Source: Deltaproteobacteria bacterium
GTDB lineage: Bacteria; Desulfobacterota; Desulfobaccia; Desulfobaccales; 0-14-0-80-60-11
Assembly: GCA_016875015.1 (NCBI GenBank)
Contig: VGSJ01000003.1
Span: forward strand, 11,935 to 75,934
Length of the DNA stretch: 64,000 nt
Direction: 5' to 3'
Positions 16,802 to 26,436 of the stretch are shown in pieces. The notes below the pieces were generated by a model. It worked only from the letters and a program-made list of their open reading frames with translations, did not search any database and was not told the DNA's origin. Both the position numbers and the translations under genes were made by a program. Position 1 is the first letter of the stretch, and every line of letters begins with the position of its first letter.

Positions 16802-17413
16802 ATGCCTCACCGAAAGCATATCCGGTTAATGACCTTAATCCTCTTCGGAGGGATGATTTTAATAATTCTCTTTCTCCTTAGCGGTTGCGGTTCGGATAGC
16901 AAGCCTGGAGGAGCCGCGGGTGGGAAAAAGGAGAAAGACGCCGCCAGCGCCAAGACGGGGAAACAAATGCCGGTCCCGCTGGTGATGGAGGAAGAAATCG
17001 CCCCGGGAGAAGCCGGAAAAAGGGGCCAGGCCAAAAAGGAGCCCAATACCCGGCGCATTGAGGTTCTCCGCGGCATGACCCAGGAGGAGCTGGAGGCCAA
17101 GGCGGAGGAATCAACGGCAGCGATGAAAAAGGCTCAGAAATCCCGTGGTCCGGTAATTGGCGGCATGACCCAGGAGGAATTGGAGGCCAAGGCGGAGGAA
17201 TCCCGGAAAAGGCTTGAATTAAAAGGAGGCGGGGAAATTTTTCCAGGAATAACCCAGCAGGAACTGGAAAGAATGGCGGCCCAAGGACAAAGGCGTGAAC
17301 CCACCGCGGTGCAGGAGATGTTCCCCGGATTAACCAAGGAGCAAGTGGATGCTTCTACCAGGTCACGGATCCCGGAGCATCGGGAAATGTTCCCGCCTTC
17401 TGGGGGCAAATAA
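16802..17413 (+). CDS. Lipoprotein with internal Q-E-E-L repeat motifs, unknown function
   Basis: Lipobox LLSGC. Four copies of a G-[MIL]-T-x-E/Q-x-[LV] motif: RGMTQEELEAKAEES, GGMTQEELEAKAEES, PGITQQELERMAAQ, PGLTKEQVDAS. Two 42-nt near-identical DNA copies lie at 17071..17112 and 17161..17202. Confidence 0.6.
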   Translation: MPHRKHIRLMTLILFGGMILIILFLLSGCGSDSKPGGAAGGKKEKDAASAKTGKQMPVPLVMEEEIAPGEAGKRGQAKKEPNTRRIEVLRGMTQEELEAKAEESTAAMKKAQKSRGPVIGGMTQEELEAKAEESRKRLELKGGGEIFPGITQQELERMAAQGQRREPTAVQEMFPGLTKEQVDASTRSRIPEHREMFPPSGGK

Positions 17414-17497
17414 TTCGTCCCCCTAAACATAAACAGCGCTCTTAATTTAGTCAGGAAGAGGATCTTCCTAAAAACCAATCAAAATATGGAGGGTGGA

Positions 17498-17827
17498 AAA
17501 ATGAAGCGGAAGGGATTAATGGTGGTTTTGTGTGTGCTGATGCTGGGCGCCTTGGCCGTCGGGAGCGCCCAGGCCGGTCAATGGTACACGTGCACCGTCA
17601 ACCAGGCCGGCACCAGCGGCGCGGTTTTCTTTGTTCAGATCACTGATACGGCGCAGACCCCGGCTTGGACCGGAGCCCGGTACTTTTTCCTGGATAACAG
17701 CGCCGGCAATGCCAAGTCCATGCTGGCCTCGTCCCTGACTGCCTGGGCCAATGCCGGAAAAATTCAGATCTGGCTGGATGCCGTCACCGAATTTTTCACC
17801 AGTCCCGCGGTCACTGTATCCAACTAG
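17498..17827 (+). CDS. Small secreted protein, unknown function
   Basis: I prefer the ATG at 17498, preceded by ggagggtgg. Signal peptide MKRKGLMVVLCVLMLGALAVGSAQA. A strong terminator follows. Confidence 0.55.
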   Translation, partial: KMKRKGLMVVLCVLMLGALAVGSAQAGQWYTCTVNQAGTSGAVFFVQITDTAQTPAWTGARYFFLDNSAGNAKSMLASSLTAWANAGKIQIWLDAVTEFFTSPAVTVSN

Positions 17828-17847
17828 AAGCACACTTTAACAAAATT

Positions 17848-17883
17848 CCCTGGCGGCGGCCGGCCAACGCCGCCAGGGTTTTG
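17848..17883 (+). terminator. Rho-independent terminator
   Basis: ccctggcggcg-gccggccaa-cgccgccaggg followed by tttt. The 11-bp GC-rich stem sits between convergent genes. Confidence 0.7.
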
Positions 17884-18118
17884 TGATTCCCCGTTCTCCG
17901 ACCCCGCTGGGTTGAAGATAGGGAGACTTGCGTTTTCCCCGCAGCTGACCCCAGCCATAACTGGTCCTGACTCCCGCCAGGCACTCGCAGCGCCGCCCTC
18001 CGACAAACTTCACCGCGGCCGTATCTTGGTCACCCCGCTTGGAGCCGTAGTCCATCGTCTTTATCCGGGATAAATGGACTGGCGAGCAGGCAGAGTTCAA
18101 TGTAACTTGCCGGCGAGG

Positions 18119-20008
18119 TTAGCGAAAGTCTGACGCCCAAATGCTGAAGTTGAGAAGAGCCCAGAGATTGCGACTGTAATCGGCGCGGCCCGCCAGGTGG
18201 TCGGCCAGCAGTCGGCGGACTGATCCGGGGTTAAAGCAACCCTGCCGCTTGATCATACCTGGGGAGAGATATTCCTCCAGCAAAGGCCGCAGCGAGGTCT
18301 TGAGCCAGCGAGACATGGGCACATTGAATCCGCCCTTGGGTTTTTTCAGGATTTCCTTCGGCAATATGCCCCGCATCGTTTCTTTCAAAAGATGTTTTAG
18401 TCGCAAGCCCGGCATTTTCATCGGCCCCGGGAGTTGAAACATGAATTCCACCAGCCGATGGTCCAGCAGCGGCACCCTGACTTCCAGCGAATGGGCCATG
18501 CTCATCCGGTCCACTTTGACCAGGATGTCATCCGGCAAATATACCTTCAAGTCGGCGTATTGAAAGCGATTCAAGTCGTCCCAATGCCGCACCGCCTCAC
18601 TGTGCCGGGAATAAACGGGAAAACTATCCAGGCTGCCGTTCAGGGACGAGATGATGTCGTCATTCAATAAGCTCCGTTTTAGATCTTCGTTAAAAAAGGC
18701 CTTCCAGGCATAATGACGGCGTTGGGGCTCCAGACAGGCAGATTCCACAAAGCGCCGGGCTTTGAAGTCGAAGCTCACCTTGCGGTCTGAAACCGGCAGA
18801 CTCTGGACTAATCGCGGAATCAAGCCCTCGCTCAAGAAGCCCGGCAACAAACCGTAGATTTGGGCGAGCTTGTCCGCCTGATAGGTGGCGTAACCGGCAA
18901 AGATCTCGTCGCCCCCGTCGCCGCCCAGGGCCACGGTAACATGCCGCCGGGTCAGTTGGGAAAGGTAAAAGGTGGGGATCGCTGAAGAATCAGCGAAAGG
19001 CTCATCGAAATAATGGACCAGTTGGTGAACCAAATCCGCAGCATCGGGCGTCACCTGCAATTCGGTGTGCTCGGTTTCGAATTGCCTGGCCACGAGCCGC
19101 GCGTAGGAACGCTCATCATACGAAGGCTCATTAAAGCCGATGGAAAAGGTTTTGATGGCGCCATGATGAACCTGGCGCATCATGGCTACCACGGTACTGG
19201 AGTCCAACCCGCCGCTGAGGAAAACCCCTAAGGGTACATCCGAGATCAAGTGACTGCGCACTGTTTCCAGGAGGAGGCTATGCAACGCCGACTTGATGTC
19301 CTCCCATTTGAGCCGATTAGCATCCCGGGGATCTATCTGAGCCAGATCCCAGTAAGAGCGGATGGCTGCCCGCCCGTCTTGCCAGACCAGGGCATGCCCG
19401 GGTTCCAGCTTGTTGATTTCCTGGTAAATGGAGTAGGGGGCGGGGATATAAAGCAGAGAAAGATAATGGCTCAGGGCCTGGAAATCCAGGGTGGGTTTGA
19501 GTCCTTCGGCCAGGATGGCCTTGATTTCCGAACCCCACAGCAGTCGGTCGGGAAGCAGGGCGTAATAGAGGGGTTTGATGCCGAGGCGATCTCGCACCAG
19601 CATCAGGCGGCGCGGTTTTTCATCCCAAAGGGCAATGGCGAACATGCCGCTCAAATGCGCCGGGAAATCGACTCCGTATTCCTCATAGAGATGAACAATG
19701 ACCTCGGTGTCCGTGGAGGTGTAAAAGGTGTGGCCCTTGGCCAGCAACTCCCGCCGCAGTTCGGGGAAATTGTAGATCTCGCCGTTGAACGCGGTCCATA
19801 CCGTGCGGTCTTCATTATGGATCGGCTGTCGGCCGGTATTCAGGTCGATAATGGAGAGCCGGCGCATGGCCAGTCCCACATTACCGTTCAGGTAGTAGCC
19901 TTCATCGTCCGGACCGCGGTGGGTCAGGGTCCGGCACATGGCCCGGAGGATTTCCGGTTCCACCGGGTATTCCTGCTGGTAATTAAGTATGCCGGTAATG
20001 CCGCACAT
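18119..20008 (-). CDS. asnB: Asparagine synthase-family glutamine amidotransferase (paralog 1)
   Basis: Starts with MCGI (Cys2 Ntn-amidotransferase). PP-loop motif SGGLDSS. 629 aa, full-length AsnB architecture. Confidence 0.9.
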   Translation of the reverse strand: MCGITGILNYQQEYPVEPEILRAMCRTLTHRGPDDEGYYLNGNVGLAMRRLSIIDLNTGRQPIHNEDRTVWTAFNGEIYNFPELRRELLAKGHTFYTSTDTEVIVHLYEEYGVDFPAHLSGMFAIALWDEKPRRLMLVRDRLGIKPLYYALLPDRLLWGSEIKAILAEGLKPTLDFQALSHYLSLLYIPAPYSIYQEINKLEPGHALVWQDGRAAIRSYWDLAQIDPRDANRLKWEDIKSALHSLLLETVRSHLISDVPLGVFLSGGLDSSTVVAMMRQVHHGAIKTFSIGFNEPSYDERSYARLVARQFETEHTELQVTPDAADLVHQLVHYFDEPFADSSAIPTFYLSQLTRRHVTVALGGDGGDEIFAGYATYQADKLAQIYGLLPGFLSEGLIPRLVQSLPVSDRKVSFDFKARRFVESACLEPQRRHYAWKAFFNEDLKRSLLNDDIISSLNGSLDSFPVYSRHSEAVRHWDDLNRFQYADLKVYLPDDILVKVDRMSMAHSLEVRVPLLDHRLVEFMFQLPGPMKMPGLRLKHLLKETMRGILPKEILKKPKGGFNVPMSRWLKTSLRPLLEEYLSPGMIKRQGCFNPGSVRRLLADHLAGRADYSRNLWALLNFSIWASDFR

Positions 20009-20115
20009 TTTTATGTTATTAGGTTTTGAGGATGGTGAAGAACAATTTCATATGTTTACAGAGGCTTCGTTAAATCACCTCTGGACAGACCAAAGATTAG
20101 TGGTTCGAGTCCAAA

Positions 20116-21036
20116 TTATTTCTTAACCGCTTGTATAAAGGCCCCACTGGTAAGCAAATCCTCTTCGGAAATGCCCGCGAACCTTGCGGAGAGATGGCCA
20201 CGGCCTATTCCAGGATTGTCAGCCTGTTCCCGGAGGTCACAGACAATTTCAAAGCCGGCTTTTTTCAGAAGATCCACATGGGTAGAGTGAGGAAATCTAT
20301 TTATTAAGTATGGCTTTCTACCTCTTATTAATCTCCACACCAAATCCGAATAGCCCCAATGACCATTCCACTTTTGCGAAGTTTCATGTGATGTATAGTC
20401 AATTTTATTTGAAGTAAAGCCACCATTCTTCAGCCAGAAATACATGGCCTCATAAGTTTGCTCAAGATCATCAATATGTTCCAGAGCCGCTTGGGAAATT
20501 ATCAGATCAACTGATTCACTCTTAAGGTCCCTAATGTTGTATGGAGCATTATAAGAGATTAGATTATCATCTTGGCCGACATTTAATATGACCTCTCTGA
20601 TAATAGCTATTCTATTTCTATCCAGAGCTAATTTCAGGTGATCCTCAGTCAAAATATGATGAGGAAAGGCATAATATTCCAGGTGGGGCCTCAGGTTAGG
20701 AAGTTCATTTTTATCAGAAATTGTAGTGCGATTAACAAATAATTCGTATAACTGTTGTAACATTACCAGATTATCTTTGACATTAAACAAATTTACTGCA
20801 TCCAGCCCCTGATATCTCTCCACTCCTGACAACAACGCTGCCAGACCCACACCCAAAGATCCACCGGGACCAATTTCCACAATAACACGGGGAATTGACT
20901 GGAAACCATATTTATGCGCCATAATAAGATGTCTTAACCACACTGAATAATAATACCGACTGCCCCAATTTCTCTCTTGATGTTGTCTTGGGAATAGTTC
21001 TGGAACAAAGCCTATAATTATACGCAATAGAGTCAT
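20116..21036 (-). CDS. Class I SAM-dependent methyltransferase
   Basis: Motif I-like VVEIGPGGSLGVG. LIISQAALEHIDD. C-terminal LLKKAGFEIV. The gene is visibly AT-rich. Confidence 0.7.
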   Translation of the reverse strand: MTLLRIIIGFVPELFPRQHQERNWGSRYYYSVWLRHLIMAHKYGFQSIPRVIVEIGPGGSLGVGLAALLSGVERYQGLDAVNLFNVKDNLVMLQQLYELFVNRTTISDKNELPNLRPHLEYYAFPHHILTEDHLKLALDRNRIAIIREVILNVGQDDNLISYNAPYNIRDLKSESVDLIISQAALEHIDDLEQTYEAMYFWLKNGGFTSNKIDYTSHETSQKWNGHWGYSDLVWRLIRGRKPYLINRFPHSTHVDLLKKAGFEIVCDLREQADNPGIGRGHLSARFAGISEEDLLTSGAFIQAVKK

Positions 21037-21176
21037 TATCTCTTAAGGAAGATATTCTTTAATCTTTTGGGATAACATAGCTTGCCATCTTCATTGCTTA
21101 GGTCTTATTAACATACGTCGACACTGTTGTCTGGCACGTAATTGAATAGCAAAGATTGTCGGTTATCAAGAGCGTC

Positions 21177-22142
21177 TTAAAAACTTTTCTTTGACTGACT
21201 TACGGCGCTTTTTGACATTGTAAGTATATAATATCTTAATTTTTGCAATTTGGTTCGTATTAATGACAATATAAGATTCCCCTCAATGCAAATTTTAAAC
21301 AATAATGTTATTGCCCATGAATAATTTTTTCGTAAATGCTTGCAATAAATAATCCAAAAACTTTCGTGCATTGATCTAATTTTATAATAAGGTTTAAAAT
21401 GAGCGCCTCCCTGACCTTTTAGATGAATAATTTCACTTTCGGGATAATACCACACCTCCCAACCCTTTTCTTGAGCCCGCATACACCAATCCAAATCTTC
21501 CCCAAAGGCAAAAATACTTTCGTCCAGGGGTCCGATGTCTGACCAAACTTCGCGCCTTGCCATTAGGCAGCATCCTGATACCGAACCAACTTTCGCGGCT
21601 TTATCATCGGGCAGATACGTAAGTAAATATTGCCCGAGATACGGATTATTCGGAAAAAGGCGGTCAAGTTTCAATCCATAGGAAATATAGGCTACCGGGG
21701 TGGGGATACCGCGTTTGCACTGGGGCTGAAAAGTCCCATCCGCATTCAAAACTTTTGGACCGACAATTCCTGCCTTGGGCGTTATTTCTAAAAAACCGAT
21801 CAACTTTGATAAGCTATCTTTCCTTACTATAGTATCAGGATTAAGCCACAATATATATTTGCCTTTGCTCATTTCAATAGCTTGGTTGGTTGCTTTGGTG
21901 AATCCGACATTCACGCTATTGCTTATTACACATACATCCGAAAAGTAATTATTAATAAGTGCTGGAGTATTGTCATTAGAATTATTATCCACCACGATGG
22001 TTTCGAAATCAACATACGGTTTGCTCAATTGCAAGGAATCGAGACAATCTTTTAGGACATTCCAACAGTTAAGTGTAACAATACAAATAGAAATATCCGT
22101 CATAAAATTTTCTCTCGGCACCCACGTGGTAGCAATAGCCAT
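21177..22142 (-). CDS. Family 2 glycosyltransferase
   Basis: ISICIVTLN...VVDNNSNDNT...NVGFTKATN...FGEDLDWCMR, typical of a GT2/WbbL-like fold. The true start may be the internal ATG at 22103 (MTDISICIV). AT-rich. Confidence 0.85.
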   Translation of the reverse strand: MAIATTWVPRENFMTDISICIVTLNCWNVLKDCLDSLQLSKPYVDFETIVVDNNSNDNTPALINNYFSDVCVISNSVNVGFTKATNQAIEMSKGKYILWLNPDTIVRKDSLSKLIGFLEITPKAGIVGPKVLNADGTFQPQCKRGIPTPVAYISYGLKLDRLFPNNPYLGQYLLTYLPDDKAAKVGSVSGCCLMARREVWSDIGPLDESIFAFGEDLDWCMRAQEKGWEVWYYPESEIIHLKGQGGAHFKPYYKIRSMHESFWIIYCKHLRKNYSWAITLLFKICIEGNLILSLIRTKLQKLRYYILTMSKSAVSQSKKSF

Positions 22143-22192
22143 AGTTCCCAGGTTAAGTCTTGCCCTCTCTCTGCCATCCCTTTCACCGAAAA

Positions 22193-23425
22193 TTACCTTT
22201 TCTTCATTTCAGCTTGATGCCTTTCTATGCCCTCCAGGTAGACCCCCAGGAGCTGATCGGTGATGTGATCCCAGGAATAATTATCCCTGACGACTTCAAA
22301 GCCCCTTTGCCCCATAATCTTCAACCTTTCCGGCTGGCTCAACAAATCTAGCAGGGCCTCTGCCAGGGCCGCGGGCGTCGTTGGCACCACCCGTCCGGCC
22401 CCAGCCTTTTCCGCCTCAGGGAAATGACAGCCTGGAGAAAGCAATACCGGCGTGGCGCTGGCCAACGCCTCTAACACCGCCATGGAAAACCCCTCGGCAT
22501 CGGAAGGCAAGCAGAAGAGGTTGGCCCGGGCCAATAGATCGAGTTTGGCTTCGCCGGATACCATCCCCGGAAAAATCACCCGTTCGCCCACGCCGGCCTG
22601 GCGCACCTTGCGAGTAAATTCTTTGGTGTAGCCCCAGTCATCCGGACCAGCCATTACCAGAAACGCTTTGGGAAGTCTAGCGCAAATCTGCAAAAAGGCT
22701 TCCAGTAAGCGTTCAACCCCTTTAACGGGATGCAACCTTCCCAAAAAGAGAATGACCTGCGCATGGGGAGGAATCTTCCAGAGGTCCATCGGGGTCGGGC
22801 CCGGCTGTTGCCGGAAAGTGCCCACCTCAATGCCATTGGGGACAATGCGACACGGCGTCTCCACCCCCAAGGCCCGAAAACTCTCCAGTTCAGCTTGGGT
22901 CAAAGCAATGAGGGTAGTAGCTTTTCGCATGATGGGGCGCGCCACCAGATCAATGAAGAGCTTTTTCTTGAAGGAGCGAAATTCTAAGCGGGCCGGATCA
23001 AAAACGCCCCGTTGATGAACAAAAAGCGGTTTGTGCCATCGTTGCGCGGCCCAGGCAGCGGCGCAGCTTGGATACCCGAAGGGATTATGGGTGTTGACTA
23101 GATCGATCTCCGGCATCAGGCGGTCAAATTGTCGGGAAATTAGGGGATTATACATGAACCCGACCGATTTAGACAGATAAGGAATGAAAGGGAGCCAGCG
23201 TTTGAAAAAATTCTTATTACTGAAATACCAAACCTCAACCCCTTCCACTATTATCGGTTGATTGACCGGTACGTCCAGGTCTTCAGCAATATCTGAATTG
23301 CTGGTGAAAGCTATTACTTCATGACCTCTACTCACCAGCCTCTCAGCCACTTCCGAAACAGAAATAACTGGACCGCCCATACGATAGGCGGGTTTGTAGC
23401 CGGTCACCGTATAGAGAATTCGCAC
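22193..23425 (-). CDS. Family 4 (GT-B) glycosyltransferase
   Basis: MRILYTVTGYKP...GGPV N-terminus and the E-x7-E region SDAEGFSMAVLEALASATPVL. Confidence 0.85.
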   Translation of the reverse strand: MRILYTVTGYKPAYRMGGPVISVSEVAERLVSRGHEVIAFTSNSDIAEDLDVPVNQPIIVEGVEVWYFSNKNFFKRWLPFIPYLSKSVGFMYNPLISRQFDRLMPEIDLVNTHNPFGYPSCAAAWAAQRWHKPLFVHQRGVFDPARLEFRSFKKKLFIDLVARPIMRKATTLIALTQAELESFRALGVETPCRIVPNGIEVGTFRQQPGPTPMDLWKIPPHAQVILFLGRLHPVKGVERLLEAFLQICARLPKAFLVMAGPDDWGYTKEFTRKVRQAGVGERVIFPGMVSGEAKLDLLARANLFCLPSDAEGFSMAVLEALASATPVLLSPGCHFPEAEKAGAGRVVPTTPAALAEALLDLLSQPERLKIMGQRGFEVVRDNYSWDHITDQLLGVYLEGIERHQAEMKKR

Positions 23426-23523
23426 CGCGGCCTCCTAACTTATTAATTGCTCTTGAACTAACCCAACAGGAGGCGCAGTGGAATTATCAGGCTCTCCAGG
23501 AGGCGCAGTTTGTCGAAAAATTC

Positions 23524-24510
23524 TCATTGGCCTTTTACCCCACGGCCAATCAAAACCCCATGGCGAAATATCTCCACATTGCTTAATCCAGCTTCCATAA
23601 ACCAGGACAATAAAGTGGCTGCCGACTGGGGCTGATCGTAAACCGGGGCCAACATGTCATAGGTATCGAGAATAGCCCACTCCCTTATTTGCTGAGGTGT
23701 CAGAGGCCAATCCGGTTCATGGTTCGCTACAGGGACCAGATACCTCAGCTTGTGACCAAGACGAGGAATTCTCCCGATTACCAGGCTGATAGGCAAAAAG
23801 TATTTCACCATGAGCTGCACCAGGGCAAACAGGCGGTCTTGCGCCAGGCACTTGGTTAGGGGCCGCAGCCAATATTTCGGCCAAAAGTAATGCCAGAGGG
23901 CCTGGCGATAGATATCGACGACCAATCTCCCCCCGGGTTTAAGTTGGGCCGGCAAGGCCATAAAAGCCATTTTCACGTCGGTAGTGTGCTGCAGCACCCC
24001 CAGACAATAAGTGACCTCAAAACTTCCGGGTTTAAAAGGCAACTGATAAATATCCCCTTGCACCACATTCAATCCGGGATGCGGTCCCAGATTCAGCCAG
24101 CAGGCGTCAACCGCGGAAGAGTAATCCAAGGCCACCAGTTTGGCGCCGCATTGCAACGCCACCTCGGCAAAACGACCGGCGCCGCAGCCGACGTCCAGCA
24201 CGGTTTTGCCGGTGAGGTCTTCCGGCGTCAACGCGGAAGAGACGAAAAAACGCTCCCTCGACAAGGGCAACTTCGAATGGCTATCGAGTTGAGTTTGACG
24301 GAACTTATTCCATTGGAAGCCAAAATTGTCCGCGTAATTTTCTGCCGGTACAAAGCGCGGCACATATCTAATAATGGGATATTGTTGATGACAGCCGGTA
24401 CAGTCCAGGCAGCCGCTTTCAACCTCTCCCGCGTTTTCTATCTCTGACGTTAATTGCAGAGGGCCTTTACATGCAGGGCAGGCTAGAATTTCAAGCAATA
24501 TTCTCTGCAA
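23524..24510 (-). CDS. Trm112-like zinc-ribbon + SAM methyltransferase
   Basis: N-terminus LLEILACPACKG...CTGC...YPIIRYVPRF (Trm112p-like), then VLDVGCGAGRF motif I, then a hydrophobic C-terminal region. Lies 11 nt downstream of AsnB paralog 2. Confidence 0.8.
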   Translation of the reverse strand: MQRILLEILACPACKGPLQLTSEIENAGEVESGCLDCTGCHQQYPIIRYVPRFVPAENYADNFGFQWNKFRQTQLDSHSKLPLSRERFFVSSALTPEDLTGKTVLDVGCGAGRFAEVALQCGAKLVALDYSSAVDACWLNLGPHPGLNVVQGDIYQLPFKPGSFEVTYCLGVLQHTTDVKMAFMALPAQLKPGGRLVVDIYRQALWHYFWPKYWLRPLTKCLAQDRLFALVQLMVKYFLPISLVIGRIPRLGHKLRYLVPVANHEPDWPLTPQQIREWAILDTYDMLAPVYDQPQSAATLLSWFMEAGLSNVEIFRHGVLIGRGVKGQ

Positions 24511-24521
24511 ATTTTCTTCCC

Positions 24522-26420
24522 TTATCTCAGCTCAGGCCCTTGCGCGGGCACGGTGATCCGATATTCTCGGCGCCACAATTCAAACATGGTCAACAGAAAC
24601 AGACGGTTGGCGTTGGCGTAACCCTGACGCTGGCCAGTCATCAGGCCTTGCACTACCCGTCGATCAAAGATCTGGGGGTTGGCTTCTTGCAACACCGTTT
24701 CCACATAATTGCCCCACTCCCCTTTCAGCCAATGGGCCAGGGGTATCTCAAATCCTTGTTTGCGGACCAGATCCAACTCCTTCGGCAGCAGGCGCTGGGC
24801 CAGGGTGCTCAACAGGATTTTCCTCTGGTCGCCCGCCACCCGCAGCCTGTCCGGCAAACGCCCGAAGGCAAACTCCACCAGGCGATGGTCCAGAAAAGGG
24901 GAGCGCATCTCCAGGGAGCAGAGCATGCTGGCCCGATCCACCTTCACCAGGTAATCCTCCGGCAGGGTGGTCTGAAAATCCGCGGCGGCCGCCTGATATA
25001 GAGGAGAAGCCCCGGCCTGACAAAGGCCGGCGCGGTAAGCCTCGGGGGCCGCATCCGCCCGCCCGCCATTCTGTATGAGGGGCGAAAGCAGGCGTTTCCT
25101 GGAGTAAGCGTCAAAATATAGATTTATATGGGCAATGCTCCAGGGCAGCTCTCGGTTGAAGCCGATGAGATGATTCCGGCCCGGTAGGCCGAGGGGCAGA
25201 AAATGCGCCGCGGCCGCGCCGGCCCAGGCCCTGATTCGGGCGGGGATCAAATGGCGGTACTGCTCCTGTTTCAGGAGGAAATTATAATGCGGATAACCGC
25301 CGAAGAGTTCATCGCCACCATCTCCGCCCAGGGCCACCGTAACCTCCTGCCGAAGCAGTTGGGAAACCAGATAGGTGGGCACCATGGAGTGGTCCGCCAG
25401 GGGCTCATCGAATTGCCGGGCCAGCCTGGGCAGCAATTCCACCGTGGCCGGATCCGCCACTAACTCGGTATGTTCGGTCCCGAAGTGCCGAGCCACCAGG
25501 CGGGCATGCGGCCCTTCGTCATAGCGCCCATGCCCGGGAAATGAGATGTTGAAGGTCTTAACCGGTCTGGCTGATATACGGGCCGCCATGGCCGTCACTA
25601 GGCTGGAATCGAGGCCGCCACTCAGGGAAATGCCCACCGGCACGTCGGCAATCAGCCGCAGGCGGACGGAGTCCAAAAGGTGCGCTTCCAGTTCCTCCAC
25701 CAACTCCTCCACCGAAGCCTGATCCCGGGGATGGGCCTCCGGCAAGCTCCAGTACCGCCAAACCTGCGCCCCGCCATGGCGAACATCGTAAATCATGGCA
25801 TGGGCCGGCGGTAACTTGTGCACCCCTTGCAGAATGCACTTTTCTCCCGGCACATAACCGTAAGCCAGATAAAAATTTAAAGCCTCCAAGTCCAGGATGC
25901 GGGGAAACTCCTTATGCGCCATCAGGGCCTTAAGCTCGGAGGCAAACAGAAACTGGCCGGCCGTTTGATAATAGAATAACGGCTTCTTGCCGGCCCGATC
26001 CCGGGCCAGAAATAATTGCTGTTCTTTGGAGTCGAAAAGTCCAAAGGCGAACATCCCGTTAAACCGCGGCAGGCAATCGGTCCCCCAAGCGCGGTAAGCC
26101 TCCAGAATCACTTCGGTATCACTGGCGCTTTGAAAGGAATGGCCCTTTGCTTCCAGCTCCCGGCGCAACTCTTGATAGTTGTAAATTTCCCCATTGAAGG
26201 TAATACAAAGCTGTCCGGAGGCATCCACCATGGGTTGGTGGCCGCCGGGAGAAAGGTCGATGACGGCCAGGCGCCGGTGAGCCAGGCCAATCCGGCCATT
26301 CGCTGACCGCCACAGCCCGGCGTCATCCGGCCCCCGGTGGCGCATGCTGTCCCGCATGACTTCAAGGGTGACCTGGTCAACTACCTTCCCCTGGCTGACT
26401 ATTCCGACTATTCCGCACAT
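24522..26420 (-). CDS. asnB: Asparagine synthase-family glutamine amidotransferase (paralog 2)
   Basis: MCGIVGIV N-terminus, SGGLDSS PP-loop, 632 aa. Confidence 0.9.
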   Translation of the reverse strand: MCGIVGIVSQGKVVDQVTLEVMRDSMRHRGPDDAGLWRSANGRIGLAHRRLAVIDLSPGGHQPMVDASGQLCITFNGEIYNYQELRRELEAKGHSFQSASDTEVILEAYRAWGTDCLPRFNGMFAFGLFDSKEQQLFLARDRAGKKPLFYYQTAGQFLFASELKALMAHKEFPRILDLEALNFYLAYGYVPGEKCILQGVHKLPPAHAMIYDVRHGGAQVWRYWSLPEAHPRDQASVEELVEELEAHLLDSVRLRLIADVPVGISLSGGLDSSLVTAMAARISARPVKTFNISFPGHGRYDEGPHARLVARHFGTEHTELVADPATVELLPRLARQFDEPLADHSMVPTYLVSQLLRQEVTVALGGDGGDELFGGYPHYNFLLKQEQYRHLIPARIRAWAGAAAAHFLPLGLPGRNHLIGFNRELPWSIAHINLYFDAYSRKRLLSPLIQNGGRADAAPEAYRAGLCQAGASPLYQAAAADFQTTLPEDYLVKVDRASMLCSLEMRSPFLDHRLVEFAFGRLPDRLRVAGDQRKILLSTLAQRLLPKELDLVRKQGFEIPLAHWLKGEWGNYVETVLQEANPQIFDRRVVQGLMTGQRQGYANANRLFLLTMFELWRREYRITVPAQGPELR

Positions 26421-26436
26421 AACTATTTCATTCGAG

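Noticed and set aside
20095-20115. GGTTCGAGTCC, a tRNA T-loop-like string, between asnB1 and the methyltransferase gene. It could be a tRNA or an att-site remnant.
   Set aside because: The flanking bases form at most a 3-bp T-stem. No acceptor, D or anticodon arms can be drawn. It is most likely a chance match or an unprovable relic.
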